From a bacterium (GTDB lineage Bacteria; Arandabacterota; Arandabacteria; Arandabacterales; JALGWA01), in the NCBI GenBank assembly GCA_050125095.1, contig JASFEA010000098.1, positions 1 to 11,700 on the forward strand: 11,700 nucleotides of DNA, given 5' to 3'. The notes beneath the pieces were generated by a model, which had not been told where the DNA came from, did not search any database, and saw only the letters and a program-made list of their open reading frames with translations. Made by a program: the position numbers and the translations under genes. This document shows, in pieces, positions 1 through 7,548 of the stretch (position 1 is its first letter; each line of letters begins with the position of its first letter).

Positions 1-1
1 C

Positions 2-2263
2 GTTATCATATCCGACCTCAATGGAAATATACAGCAGGTCAACCGCTCAGCCATAGGCATGCTTGGTTATGAGAGCAAGGAAGAACTGCTGGGCAGCCAC
101 GCTTATCTATGCATAGCCGAGAATGACCGGCAGCGCGCGTCGGAGGAAATGATGCGCGCGCTTAAGATGAATGAGCGCATCGTGGACGTTTACAGCTTCC
201 TTAAGAAGGGCGGCGGCACTGTCTCCTGCCATGTCGATGTAGATCTCTTGAGAGACAAAGACGGAAACGCCGTGGGATTCGTCATGCTCGCGAGAGACGT
301 GACTGAAAGCCGGGAAAAAGAGAAGGCCATGCAGGATGACGTCAGTAAGTATAAGAGCCTGCTCGAGGGTCTCGAGGAGGCTGTTTTCCGAGTCAGCCTG
401 CCGATAGGGAAGTACGACTATGTGAGCCCGGCGGTGAAACGTGTATTCGGGTACACCGGGGAGGAGTTCCTCAAGAATCCGCTCCTTATGAGGAAGCTCA
501 TCCATCCGGACCACGCGGGCCGTTTCAATGAGATGTGGAAGGACCTGATCCAGGGGCATATACAGCCCAGCTATGAATACAAAGTAATCAACCGTGACGA
601 AAGGGAGAGGTGGATACTCCAGAAGAACCGCCGCGTGTTCAATGAGGCGGGCAAGGTGCTTGCCATTGAGGGGGCCTGGAGGGACATCACCGAACAGAAG
701 CAGGTGGATGACTCGATCCGCGAGAACGAGATACAGTTCAGAATGATGTTCAATGCTTCTAGCATCGCTCTCGAGTGCTACGATGCGAACCGGACGCTTG
801 TGCATGCCAATCCCGCCTGCTTTGAGCTCTTCGGCGCAGACGATCTGGGCATGCTTAGCAAATTGAACCTGCTCACGCATGAAAGCGTCCCCGATTATGT
901 GAGGGAAAAGATCAATACCGGCGAGGCCGGCACCTGGACGGCCAATCTGGACTTCGCCGCCCTGAGAGCAGGCGGCGTCCTGGTAGGCGGCCGGTCGGAC
1001 GCTGCGGAGTTTGAGATAACCGCATGTCCTATAGATGCTGGTTACGGGGCTCCCGGCTGGTATCTCGTGGAAATTCACAGTGCCTGTGCGAAGCAGGAGG
1101 GCAGGGCGCAGGTCATGCAACCTGGCAGTATTGATTCGGCGGCAAGGCTGTGCAGGGCCATAGCCGAAGACTTCAATGACGCCCTCACCGGCATCATGGG
1201 CTACAGCGAACACCTTTCCGGCGTACTGGCCGACGACGAATCATTGAGCAAAGAGGTCGACGAGATTCGGAAGGCGGCGGAGTCAGCCGTCGCGCGTACG
1301 AGACAGCTGCTGACTTTCTCGCGCGCAGCGGCGCTCAAGTCCATGCCGCTGGATCTCAACACCGTAATCGCCCAGTGTCAGGATGAAATCAAGGAAACCC
1401 TGGGGGAAGACAAGAGACTTGAAGTGAAACTCGACCGTTCCATGGGCGAGGTACGGGCGGACAGGGATCAGATTGAGACGATACTGCTTAATCTCGCTGA
1501 GAACGCCTGTGAAGCCATGAATCCGGGCGGTACGCTGAGAATCGAAACCACGGCAATTAACCTGGATGGTGAGCAAGAAGCGTCTCTCCAGGACCGCAAA
1601 TCGGGACATTATGCGCGTCTGACCGTCTCCGATGACGGCAGAGGTATGGACGAGAATGTCCAGGGCCGCATCTTCGAGCCCTTCTACACGACCAGGGACG
1701 GCAAATCGGGGATGGGGCTGTCGGTGGTCTACGGAAGCGTAAGACAGCACAGCGGGTATATAGAGTTCTCAAGTGAAGTGGGCAAGGGGACTACCTTCGA
1801 TCTGTATTTCCCGGCCCAGGTTGCCAAGCGCAGGAAGAGCAGCAGAGAACCCGCGGGATCGGCCGGGCTTCATGGTAGCGGAGAGAAGATCTTGCTGGTG
1901 GAGGATGATGAAATCGTGCGCACGATGGCGGCCAAGGTCCTGAGGGAAAGAGGGTATGTCGTATCCGCGGTCGAGAGCGCTTCCGAAGCCAAAAAGGAGT
2001 TCGACGAACGCCAGCGTGACTTCGATCTCATCTTCTGCGACATCGTACTTCCCGATGGCAGCGGCACGGATCTGGCCGAGGAATTGCATTCCCTGAAGCC
2101 CGACGTCAAGGTCCTGCTTACAAGCGGGTACACCGACAGGCAAACTCAGGCGGCTGAAATCGCCGATACGGACTTCCCTCTTCTTGAAAAGCCATATGCG
2201 CTTTTTGATCTGCTGACCGCGATCAAAGACTCACTTGGCCAGCCGGTCGAGGCCGAGATCTAG
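2..2263 (+). CDS. PAS-domain hybrid sensor histidine kinase/receiver (CckA-like architecture), 5'-truncated, degenerate H-box
   Basis: Frame is open from position 2 (VIISDLNGNIQQVNRSAIGM, a PAS start), so the true start is upstream of the window. It has PAS/PAC repeats (YDYVSPAVKRVFGY...IHPDH...RDITEQK), a HisKA-like AIAEDFNDALTGIMGY, HATPase boxes (NLAENA, VSDDGRGM, IFEPFYTT, GMGLSVVYG) and a receiver domain (LLVEDD, CDIVLP, TSGY, KP). Stop is TAG at 2261-2263. Confidence 0.92.
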   Translation, partial: VIISDLNGNIQQVNRSAIGMLGYESKEELLGSHAYLCIAENDRQRASEEMMRALKMNERIVDVYSFLKKGGGTVSCHVDVDLLRDKDGNAVGFVMLARDVTESREKEKAMQDDVSKYKSLLEGLEEAVFRVSLPIGKYDYVSPAVKRVFGYTGEEFLKNPLLMRKLIHPDHAGRFNEMWKDLIQGHIQPSYEYKVINRDERERWILQKNRRVFNEAGKVLAIEGAWRDITEQKQVDDSIRENEIQFRMMFNASSIALECYDANRTLVHANPACFELFGADDLGMLSKLNLLTHESVPDYVREKINTGEAGTWTANLDFAALRAGGVLVGGRSDAAEFEITACPIDAGYGAPGWYLVEIHSACAKQEGRAQVMQPGSIDSAARLCRAIAEDFNDALTGIMGYSEHLSGVLADDESLSKEVDEIRKAAESAVARTRQLLTFSRAAALKSMPLDLNTVIAQCQDEIKETLGEDKRLEVKLDRSMGEVRADRDQIETILLNLAENACEAMNPGGTLRIETTAINLDGEQEASLQDRKSGHYARLTVSDDGRGMDENVQGRIFEPFYTTRDGKSGMGLSVVYGSVRQHSGYIEFSSEVGKGTTFDLYFPAQVAKRRKSSREPAGSAGLHGSGEKILLVEDDEIVRTMAAKVLRERGYVVSAVESASEAKKEFDERQRDFDLIFCDIVLPDGSGTDLAEELHSLKPDVKVLLTSGYTDRQTQAAEIADTDFPLLEKPYALFDLLTAIKDSLGQPVEAEI

Positions 2264-2442
2264 GGGAATGCGGGGCTGCGTGTCCGGAATAGGCCGCGAT
2301 CACTGTGTAATAGACCTCCCGGGCACCTATGTTGTTCTTCAGCAGGCCGGCTAAATGCCGATTTCTTATATATAGCGAACTTTGCGGTGATGCAGCAGTT
2401 CAGAGATGATTGAACGCCAAAGACCATGGTGGGGGGCACACA

Positions 2443-3207
2443 ATGGACAATCTGGATACAAACCAGGCTCTGGCGGAATTCCAGGAGGAGAGATCCGCCG
2501 AGGAGAGGATCGAGCAGGCCAGAATGCAGCGGATGCTCGATGAATGCGGTACGGAATACGCGAAGATGAAGAAGAATATACGCTCATGGGGATTCTGGCT
2601 GGTGGGAATAGGAATCGTGAGTATGGTTCTCTCATTCCTGCTGGACCCGTCATGGGGGCTCATGCTCATGGTTGTGGGCCTTTCCTCTTTCTATTTCTGC
2701 GAGTCATCCATGTTCGTTGTCTACGGGTCGATACTGGCCTGGGCTGCCGTCTCGAATCTCATGGCGGGGACGCTCTGGGCCGTATTCGCTGTATTCCAGG
2801 CCATTCTCGCATTTAAAGTATTCCGGCAGTACGGGAAGTGGCGCAAGGTTGAGAAGACCTATAGATATCACCACAAGATGGGGCGCGTCAATACGCCTCC
2901 CACTCCTGAGAGGGCAGCCAGGATCTTCCCCTGGCTGAGCGCGATTCTGTCGATCGCATCGCTCGCGACGCTGCTTGGCGTGGTGGGCGGTATGGCTGTC
3001 AGCCCCGTTGTCGAAGAAGACCTTGCGGTTATGACGGGCCTGGATTGGGCGGCGATCTTCGCCGTGAATCTCGGGGTGCTGGGCCTGGCCCTTGGAATCG
3101 CCTCACTGCTCTCCAGATACAAGCAGAAGCCGTCCAGCGTGGCCGGAGTCGTGATCGGGGGCCTGGTGCTTGTATTCACGATCGGCGCCATGGTCGCGGC
3201 CGTTTAG
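2443..3207 (+). CDS. Hypothetical polytopic membrane protein (C-terminal part DUF4190-like)
   Basis: ATG at 2443 follows a G-rich RBS-like tract; the ORF track starts at TTG 2410. A charged N-terminus is followed by about 6-7 hydrophobic segments. The C-terminal LGLALGIASL...SVAGVVIGGLVL resembles the DUF4190 pattern. Confidence 0.75.
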   Translation: MDNLDTNQALAEFQEERSAEERIEQARMQRMLDECGTEYAKMKKNIRSWGFWLVGIGIVSMVLSFLLDPSWGLMLMVVGLSSFYFCESSMFVVYGSILAWAAVSNLMAGTLWAVFAVFQAILAFKVFRQYGKWRKVEKTYRYHHKMGRVNTPPTPERAARIFPWLSAILSIASLATLLGVVGGMAVSPVVEEDLAVMTGLDWAAIFAVNLGVLGLALGIASLLSRYKQKPSSVAGVVIGGLVLVFTIGAMVAAV

Positions 3208-3267
3208 AGGCGGGTCGCAGGACCCGAAATCCACCCCGGGGCCAGACTACTGTGGCCTACGAGCCGC

Positions 3268-3331
3268 GGCCCCGTCGGGTGTGCATTTCAAGACCTGGCC
3301 CCGTCGGGTGTGCATTTCAAGACCTGACCCC
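3268..3331. repeat. Perfect 29-bp tandem duplication plus partial third copy, REP-like
   Basis: GGCCCCGTCGGGTGTGCATTTCAAGACCT occurs at 3268-3296 and 3297-3325, followed by GACCCC at 3326-3331. There is no spacer between the copies. Confidence 0.9.
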
Positions 3332-4167
3332 TACTGGAGGGCAGCAAGCAGCTTTTCCGCGCTTTCCCGCAGTAGTTCTATGTAGGATTGGCTCTCGGGG
3401 TATCTTTTCAGTACGACCCTCGTCGCGCCGATCTCATCGGCTATCCTCTCGCCTGCGTCCGGGCCTCGGTGGAAATCGTCGACCACCAGCCGGACGCCGT
3501 TCCGCTCGCCGACCTCGATAAGGCGGGCGGTCTCGCCGCGCGTGAGGTCGTCGGGACTTCCATAGGTTCCTATGATGTCGAATCCCATGTAGTCGAGAAA
3601 ACCGGCCTGCGCATCCGCGCATATGACTCGCGCCTCGTCGAGCCTCAGCATCGACGCGCACAGGTCCTCTGCCTCAAGCGCCAGCCTCGACCGGTAGTCG
3701 TTGCGGTTGAAGCGATACAAGACTTCTGCTTCGGGGTCCCTGCGCACCAGCGCCTCGGTGACGCTGTCGGCCGCATCGAGATGGTAGTAGGGAAGCATAA
3801 GGTCGGCCGCGATGCCGGTAAAGGCCAGATTCTCCTGCGTCTTCACGGCCGCGCTCATCCGGGGCGCCCACTTCTCGTAGCCGCTCATGATGACAAGGTC
3901 GGCGCGGGAAGCGGCGTCGATTTGTCCGGGGCCGGGCTCGAAGTTCTCGGGGAGGGCATCGTAGGGGACGATGGAGGTGGTCTTGACTCTGTCACCGCCG
4001 ATCTCTCTGACTATTGAGCCGAGCATGGTCGTAGAGGTCACAATATTGAGCTCGGTTTCCCGCCCTTCCCTCTGGCAGCCTCCGGCGAAGGTCAGGCAGG
4101 CGAGTCCCCCGAGACAGAGCGCCGCGATGCAGCGCGACAGCCTTGTGTCCGGTTTCATTCGGGGCAT
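3331..4167 (-). CDS. Metal ABC-type substrate-binding lipoprotein, ZnuA/TroA (cluster A-I) fold, atypical ligand set
   Basis: Signal peptide with lipobox-like FAGGC; NIVTSTTMLGSIVREIGGDRV; FEPGPGQIDAASRADLVI..GYEKW; EALVRRDPE...YRFN; C-terminal SYIELLRESAEKL. Alternative start is ATG 4158. Confidence 0.85.
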   Translation of the reverse strand: MPRMKPDTRLSRCIAALCLGGLACLTFAGGCQREGRETELNIVTSTTMLGSIVREIGGDRVKTTSIVPYDALPENFEPGPGQIDAASRADLVIMSGYEKWAPRMSAAVKTQENLAFTGIAADLMLPYYHLDAADSVTEALVRRDPEAEVLYRFNRNDYRSRLALEAEDLCASMLRLDEARVICADAQAGFLDYMGFDIIGTYGSPDDLTRGETARLIEVGERNGVRLVVDDFHRGPDAGERIADEIGATRVVLKRYPESQSYIELLRESAEKLLAALQ

Positions 4168-4172
4168 CTCTG

Positions 4173-6017
4173 CTATTCCCCCAGGTCGTAAGTCACACCG
4201 ACAAGAAAACGCCGCCCGGGCATTCTGTAAAGCCCTGTCTTGCCCCCCGGCACGGACGTGTATATATCGTATTCTTCGTCGGTGATATTCTCAATGGAGA
4301 AGAATGCATCGAATCCGGCCGCGACGTAACTCGAGAGACGCGCATTGAGGACAAGATAGTCGTCGATCCTCTCCTGCCGGTCATCAGCGGCGTAGTAGTC
4401 ACCGACATACTGGAGGCTGCCGAGCAGAGTGAACCGTCTTATATAGACAATGCCCGCGACGTCCAGCTTGTCACCGGGCCTGCCCGCCGTGTTGCGGCCG
4501 GGGTCGAGGTAAGCATAAGAGATCCGGGATTCCATCGAGGTATGCGGCCTAAGGCTGAGCGACGCTTCGGCGCCCGAGAATTCTATCTCGCCGACGTTCT
4601 CGTAAACCGGCTTGTTACCGTGCCCCTTGTGCGGCACAAGCTCAATGAAGTCCTGGCCGTCTATGCGGAATACGGAGGCGGACAGCCTCGCTGCGCTTGC
4701 TACGCGATGCGTGAAGCCGAGCTCGAAGCTCCAGATCGTCTCCGGGCCGAGTCCGCTGTTGGAAGTCTCGAACATAAAGAGCTCGTCTATCTGCGGCGAC
4801 CGGAATCCACCGGACACGCTTCCCCTGAGGGTGGTGGCGTCGGTGACGTCATAGACTATTCCCAGATGCGGCGCGGGTGTGGTTCCTGAGATCTCATCTA
4901 TGTTTATCCTGAGCCCGGCGGTGGCCACGGCGACCTCCTTGAGGAAGAACTGGGCCAGGCAGTAGAAGCCGTATTCGTATTTGCTCCACTGGCCCGGGTC
5001 GGGGCTGATCACCTCGCCGCGCTGATGCCTGAAGTCGAGGCCGCCGTTCAGAAGTGTCATCTCGCCGATGAAGCGTGTCTGGTAGGCCATCAACCCCATG
5101 TACTTGTCTTTGGAGCGCCAGCCGTCGGAGAATTCGTAGTCTCCTGATTCCACATAGGTCTTCAGTGTGGACTTGCCCCCTCCGAATCGCGACGAGACCT
5201 CAAGGTCCACTGTCCCCCTTGTGTAATCCGTCCATGCGTCAGACACCGTTTCCGGCGGGTCGCTGGACGGGGCCGGTTCCTCCTTGTAGCCGTTGTAGTA
5301 CTTGGCCAGAAGCGCGACATTGGTCCTCCCGGCCCTGCCCGTCACCTTGGCCAGGAAATCGGTGCCCCTGTACTCAGAGTGGGGCAGATGGCCGTCAGAC
5401 TGGCGCCGGTCGACGCTGAGCACATAGCCGAGCCGGCGGATCCTGGCCGAATTGAACGCGCTCAGCTTATAGGTATTGTAAGAGCCGTATGTGGTGTTTG
5501 CGCGGAGGGCAAAACCCGTCGACGGGGGAGAGGTCACGATATTGACAACGCCCCCCAGGGCGTCCGAGCCGTAGATTACGGAACCGGGGGTGCGGACGAG
5601 TTCGATCTGGTCGATATCGGCGACGGTGAGTCCCTGCGTGAATGTCGCTCCCGTCAGCCCGGACTTCACCGGATGCCCGTCCATGAGGATCATAACCCGC
5701 CTGCCGGTATCACCCAGCCCTCTTATGGAGATATCGGCCTGGCCGAAGTCACCGGTCTGTTCGATGAAGACGCCGGGTAAGTAACCCACAGCGGCTGTGG
5801 CCGAGTTCGCGCCGTTCAGCATTATCTCATCGCGGGTGGCGACGTCCACGGACGGCGCGACGCTGCCGAGCGGCAGGTCTATTCGCGTGGCCTTAACTTC
5901 GATTTCTTCCACGCTGTAGACTTCCAGCGTGTCCTGTGATTCGGCGGCGGCCAGGGAGAACGCAAGAGACAGTATAACGGGGAACATGCCTGCAGCCGGC
6001 ACTCTGCTCGATCCCAT
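4173..6017 (-). CDS. TonB-dependent outer membrane receptor (BtuB/CirA-like size)
   Basis: GGAGG RBS, signal peptide, TonB-box-like DTLEV/EEIEVKATR, plug motifs (YLPGV, ISIRG, IELVRTPGSVIYGSDALGGVVNIVT), barrel motif GFRSPQIDELF and C-terminal IENITDEEY...PGRRFLVGVTYDL. Confidence 0.95.
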   Translation of the reverse strand: MGSSRVPAAGMFPVILSLAFSLAAAESQDTLEVYSVEEIEVKATRIDLPLGSVAPSVDVATRDEIMLNGANSATAAVGYLPGVFIEQTGDFGQADISIRGLGDTGRRVMILMDGHPVKSGLTGATFTQGLTVADIDQIELVRTPGSVIYGSDALGGVVNIVTSPPSTGFALRANTTYGSYNTYKLSAFNSARIRRLGYVLSVDRRQSDGHLPHSEYRGTDFLAKVTGRAGRTNVALLAKYYNGYKEEPAPSSDPPETVSDAWTDYTRGTVDLEVSSRFGGGKSTLKTYVESGDYEFSDGWRSKDKYMGLMAYQTRFIGEMTLLNGGLDFRHQRGEVISPDPGQWSKYEYGFYCLAQFFLKEVAVATAGLRINIDEISGTTPAPHLGIVYDVTDATTLRGSVSGGFRSPQIDELFMFETSNSGLGPETIWSFELGFTHRVASAARLSASVFRIDGQDFIELVPHKGHGNKPVYENVGEIEFSGAEASLSLRPHTSMESRISYAYLDPGRNTAGRPGDKLDVAGIVYIRRFTLLGSLQYVGDYYAADDRQERIDDYLVLNARLSSYVAAGFDAFFSIENITDEEYDIYTSVPGGKTGLYRMPGRRFLVGVTYDLGE

Positions 6018-6033
6018 TAAGAAACGCCTCCCG

Positions 6034-6729
6034 TCAGGTCCGCAAGATCATGTAAACGCCCGCCGCAATGATAAGAACTCCGCATACCTTCCTCAAAACG
6101 CCCACGGCCCGGGAGCCGGAGGTCCAGTTGAGATAGTCCTGCACCACTTCAGTGAATGTCCCGGCCGCCACGATAACGGCGGCATGTCCGACGCCGTACA
6201 TCCCGATCAGGAGCATGGCGTAGGGGATATTGGTGCTGCCGAGCGACAGTGTAACCCCGAGCATGGGGGCCATGAAAGCGAACGTACACGGTCCGACCGC
6301 GATTCCGAAGACAATGCCGAGAGTGAACGCCGCCGCCGCCCCCCGCTTCGAATGGACCTCGCCGCCGGGGCGGGGCAAGGGGAGCGGTATTACTCCCAGG
6401 AAGTGAAGACCGATGACAAAGAAGACAGCTGCCACTACGTAGGTTATGTTGGCGCCAAGGTCCCCGAGCATCCTTCCAAGGGCGGCAGTGATGGCGCCGA
6501 CCGCTCCGATGGTCACCAGAATACCGACCGCGAAGAAAAGCGAGAGGCGAAAGGCTCTACCGGCCGCAGCCGTTCCCTGCTCACCGATGAAACCGATGAT
6601 CAGGGGTATGCTGGCCAGATGACAGGGGCTCAGCACGACGCTGAGCACGCCCCAGGCGAACGCCGCCGACATAGCCACGGGAGGCGTCCCGGCCACCGCC
6701 TCGGTCAGTGTCGTGAAGAGGCTACCCAT
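6034..6729 (-). CDS. ccdA: CcdA / DsbD transmembrane-domain disulfide interchange protein
   Basis: About six TM segments with both catalytic Cys motifs (LSPCHL, GPCTF). It overlaps the upstream thioredoxin gene by 8 nt. Confidence 0.9.
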   Translation of the reverse strand: MGSLFTTLTEAVAGTPPVAMSAAFAWGVLSVVLSPCHLASIPLIIGFIGEQGTAAAGRAFRLSLFFAVGILVTIGAVGAITAALGRMLGDLGANITYVVAAVFFVIGLHFLGVIPLPLPRPGGEVHSKRGAAAAFTLGIVFGIAVGPCTFAFMAPMLGVTLSLGSTNIPYAMLLIGMYGVGHAAVIVAAGTFTEVVQDYLNWTSGSRAVGVLRKVCGVLIIAAGVYMILRT

Positions 6730-7177
6730 CGGGAGGCTCCACCCCCATCTCTTTGAGCTTCTCTATAATCGTCTCCTTGGGGAGGAATCCCTCATGCCGC
6801 CATACCTCGTTGCCCTCGGCGTCGAAAAAGACCTGGGTCGGCATGACCCTCATTCCGTACTGTTTGACAGCTTCGGGTTTATCCCCCACGTCGATAATCT
6901 CGATAATAAGCCTTCCTCGGTACTCATCCTTGAGCTCCGCAAGAATCGGGGCCATCATCTTGCACGGTATGCACTCACCTTTCCCGAGGTCCACCAATCT
7001 GGGAAGAGCGGCCCTCTGGTCGACGACGCCGGACACGGCCCTTCCCGGGGTTGCGTAGGTGGCTACGGTATCGGTCTGTGCCGCCTTAATGCCCGATTCG
7101 TCGGTTGTCTCGCGGCCGCATCCTGCGAAAAGGCAAGCGGCTATGAGCAGAAGCGGCATGATGGTACCTGCCTTCAT
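6722..7177 (-). CDS. Exported thioredoxin-family lipoprotein (CIPC)
   Basis: Lipobox LFAGC, DLGKGECIPCKMM active site, cis-Pro motif VMPTQVFFD and RHEGF. ATGA overlap with the upstream gene. Confidence 0.9.
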   Translation of the reverse strand: MKAGTIMPLLLIAACLFAGCGRETTDESGIKAAQTDTVATYATPGRAVSGVVDQRAALPRLVDLGKGECIPCKMMAPILAELKDEYRGRLIIEIIDVGDKPEAVKQYGMRVMPTQVFFDAEGNEVWRHEGFLPKETIIEKLKEMGVEPPDG

Positions 7178-7404
7178 GAGATCAACTCCTTGATCTCCTC
7201 GACCGACGGCACCTTGCCGGATATTTTTACCTCCCCGTCTATTGCCACAGCCGGCGTCATCATCACGTTGAATTCCATGATGGACTTGAGGTCCTCTACT
7301 TTCTCGACCTCCGCCGCGACTCCGGTCTCGCCTAAGGCCTTCCGGACGTTCTCATAGGTCTTGTTGCATTTGGGGCAGCCTGTGCCCAGCACCTGTATTC
7401 TCAT
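7174..7404 (-). CDS. Small redox-active disulfide protein, MTH895/TM0996-like (Thioredoxin_3), CPKC
   Basis: MRIQVLGTGCPKC...VMMTPAVAIDGEVKISGKVP, preceded by an AAGGAG RBS. Confidence 0.92.
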   Translation of the reverse strand: MRIQVLGTGCPKCNKTYENVRKALGETGVAAEVEKVEDLKSIMEFNVMMTPAVAIDGEVKISGKVPSVEEIKELIS

Positions 7405-7529
7405 TGGGCTCTCTCCTTCTCAATCTCGATGATGTGCCCTGGCGACGGCGCCCGTCCGGCCGCGCGTCTCGCGCGGTTTCCGGCCGGCATCTGCCCGGCG
7501 CCTGCTTTCTCTGTGAATACTTGTTTCAT
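7401..7529 (-). CDS. Candidate 42-aa small ORF
   Basis: MKQVFTEKAGAGQMPAGNRARRAAGRAPSPGHIIEIEKERAQ*. It has a GGGAG RBS upstream, and its TGA overlaps the next gene's ATG (ATGA). It fills the only sizeable gap in the operon. No recognisable homology. Confidence 0.35.
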   Translation of the reverse strand: MKQVFTEKAGAGQMPAGNRARRAAGRAPSPGHIIEIEKERAQ

Positions 7530-7548
7530 GCGGTTCTCCCCGGCCCCG

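Noticed and set aside
107-1213. 368-aa antisense ORF and other antisense ORFs in the kinase
   Set aside because: Shadow frames of a well-supported gene in GC-rich DNA, with no recognisable motifs.
3211-3226. CGGGTC-GCAG-GACCCG hairpin as terminator of the membrane protein gene
   Set aside because: Short stem with no downstream U-run on either strand.
3268-3331. CRISPR array
   Set aside because: Only two abutting 29-bp copies, with no spacers and no cas genes.
1166-3948. Codon reassignment explaining two His-to-Glu changes (kinase and binding protein)
   Set aside because: Different codons are involved (GAA, GAG). Conserved His (SKHL, NAGH, GHCDE) and Glu residues elsewhere translate normally.
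6018-6033. Cobalamin riboswitch / btuB assignment
   Set aside because: Only 16 nt lie upstream of the receptor and no aptamer is visible. The substrate cannot be assigned from sequence.
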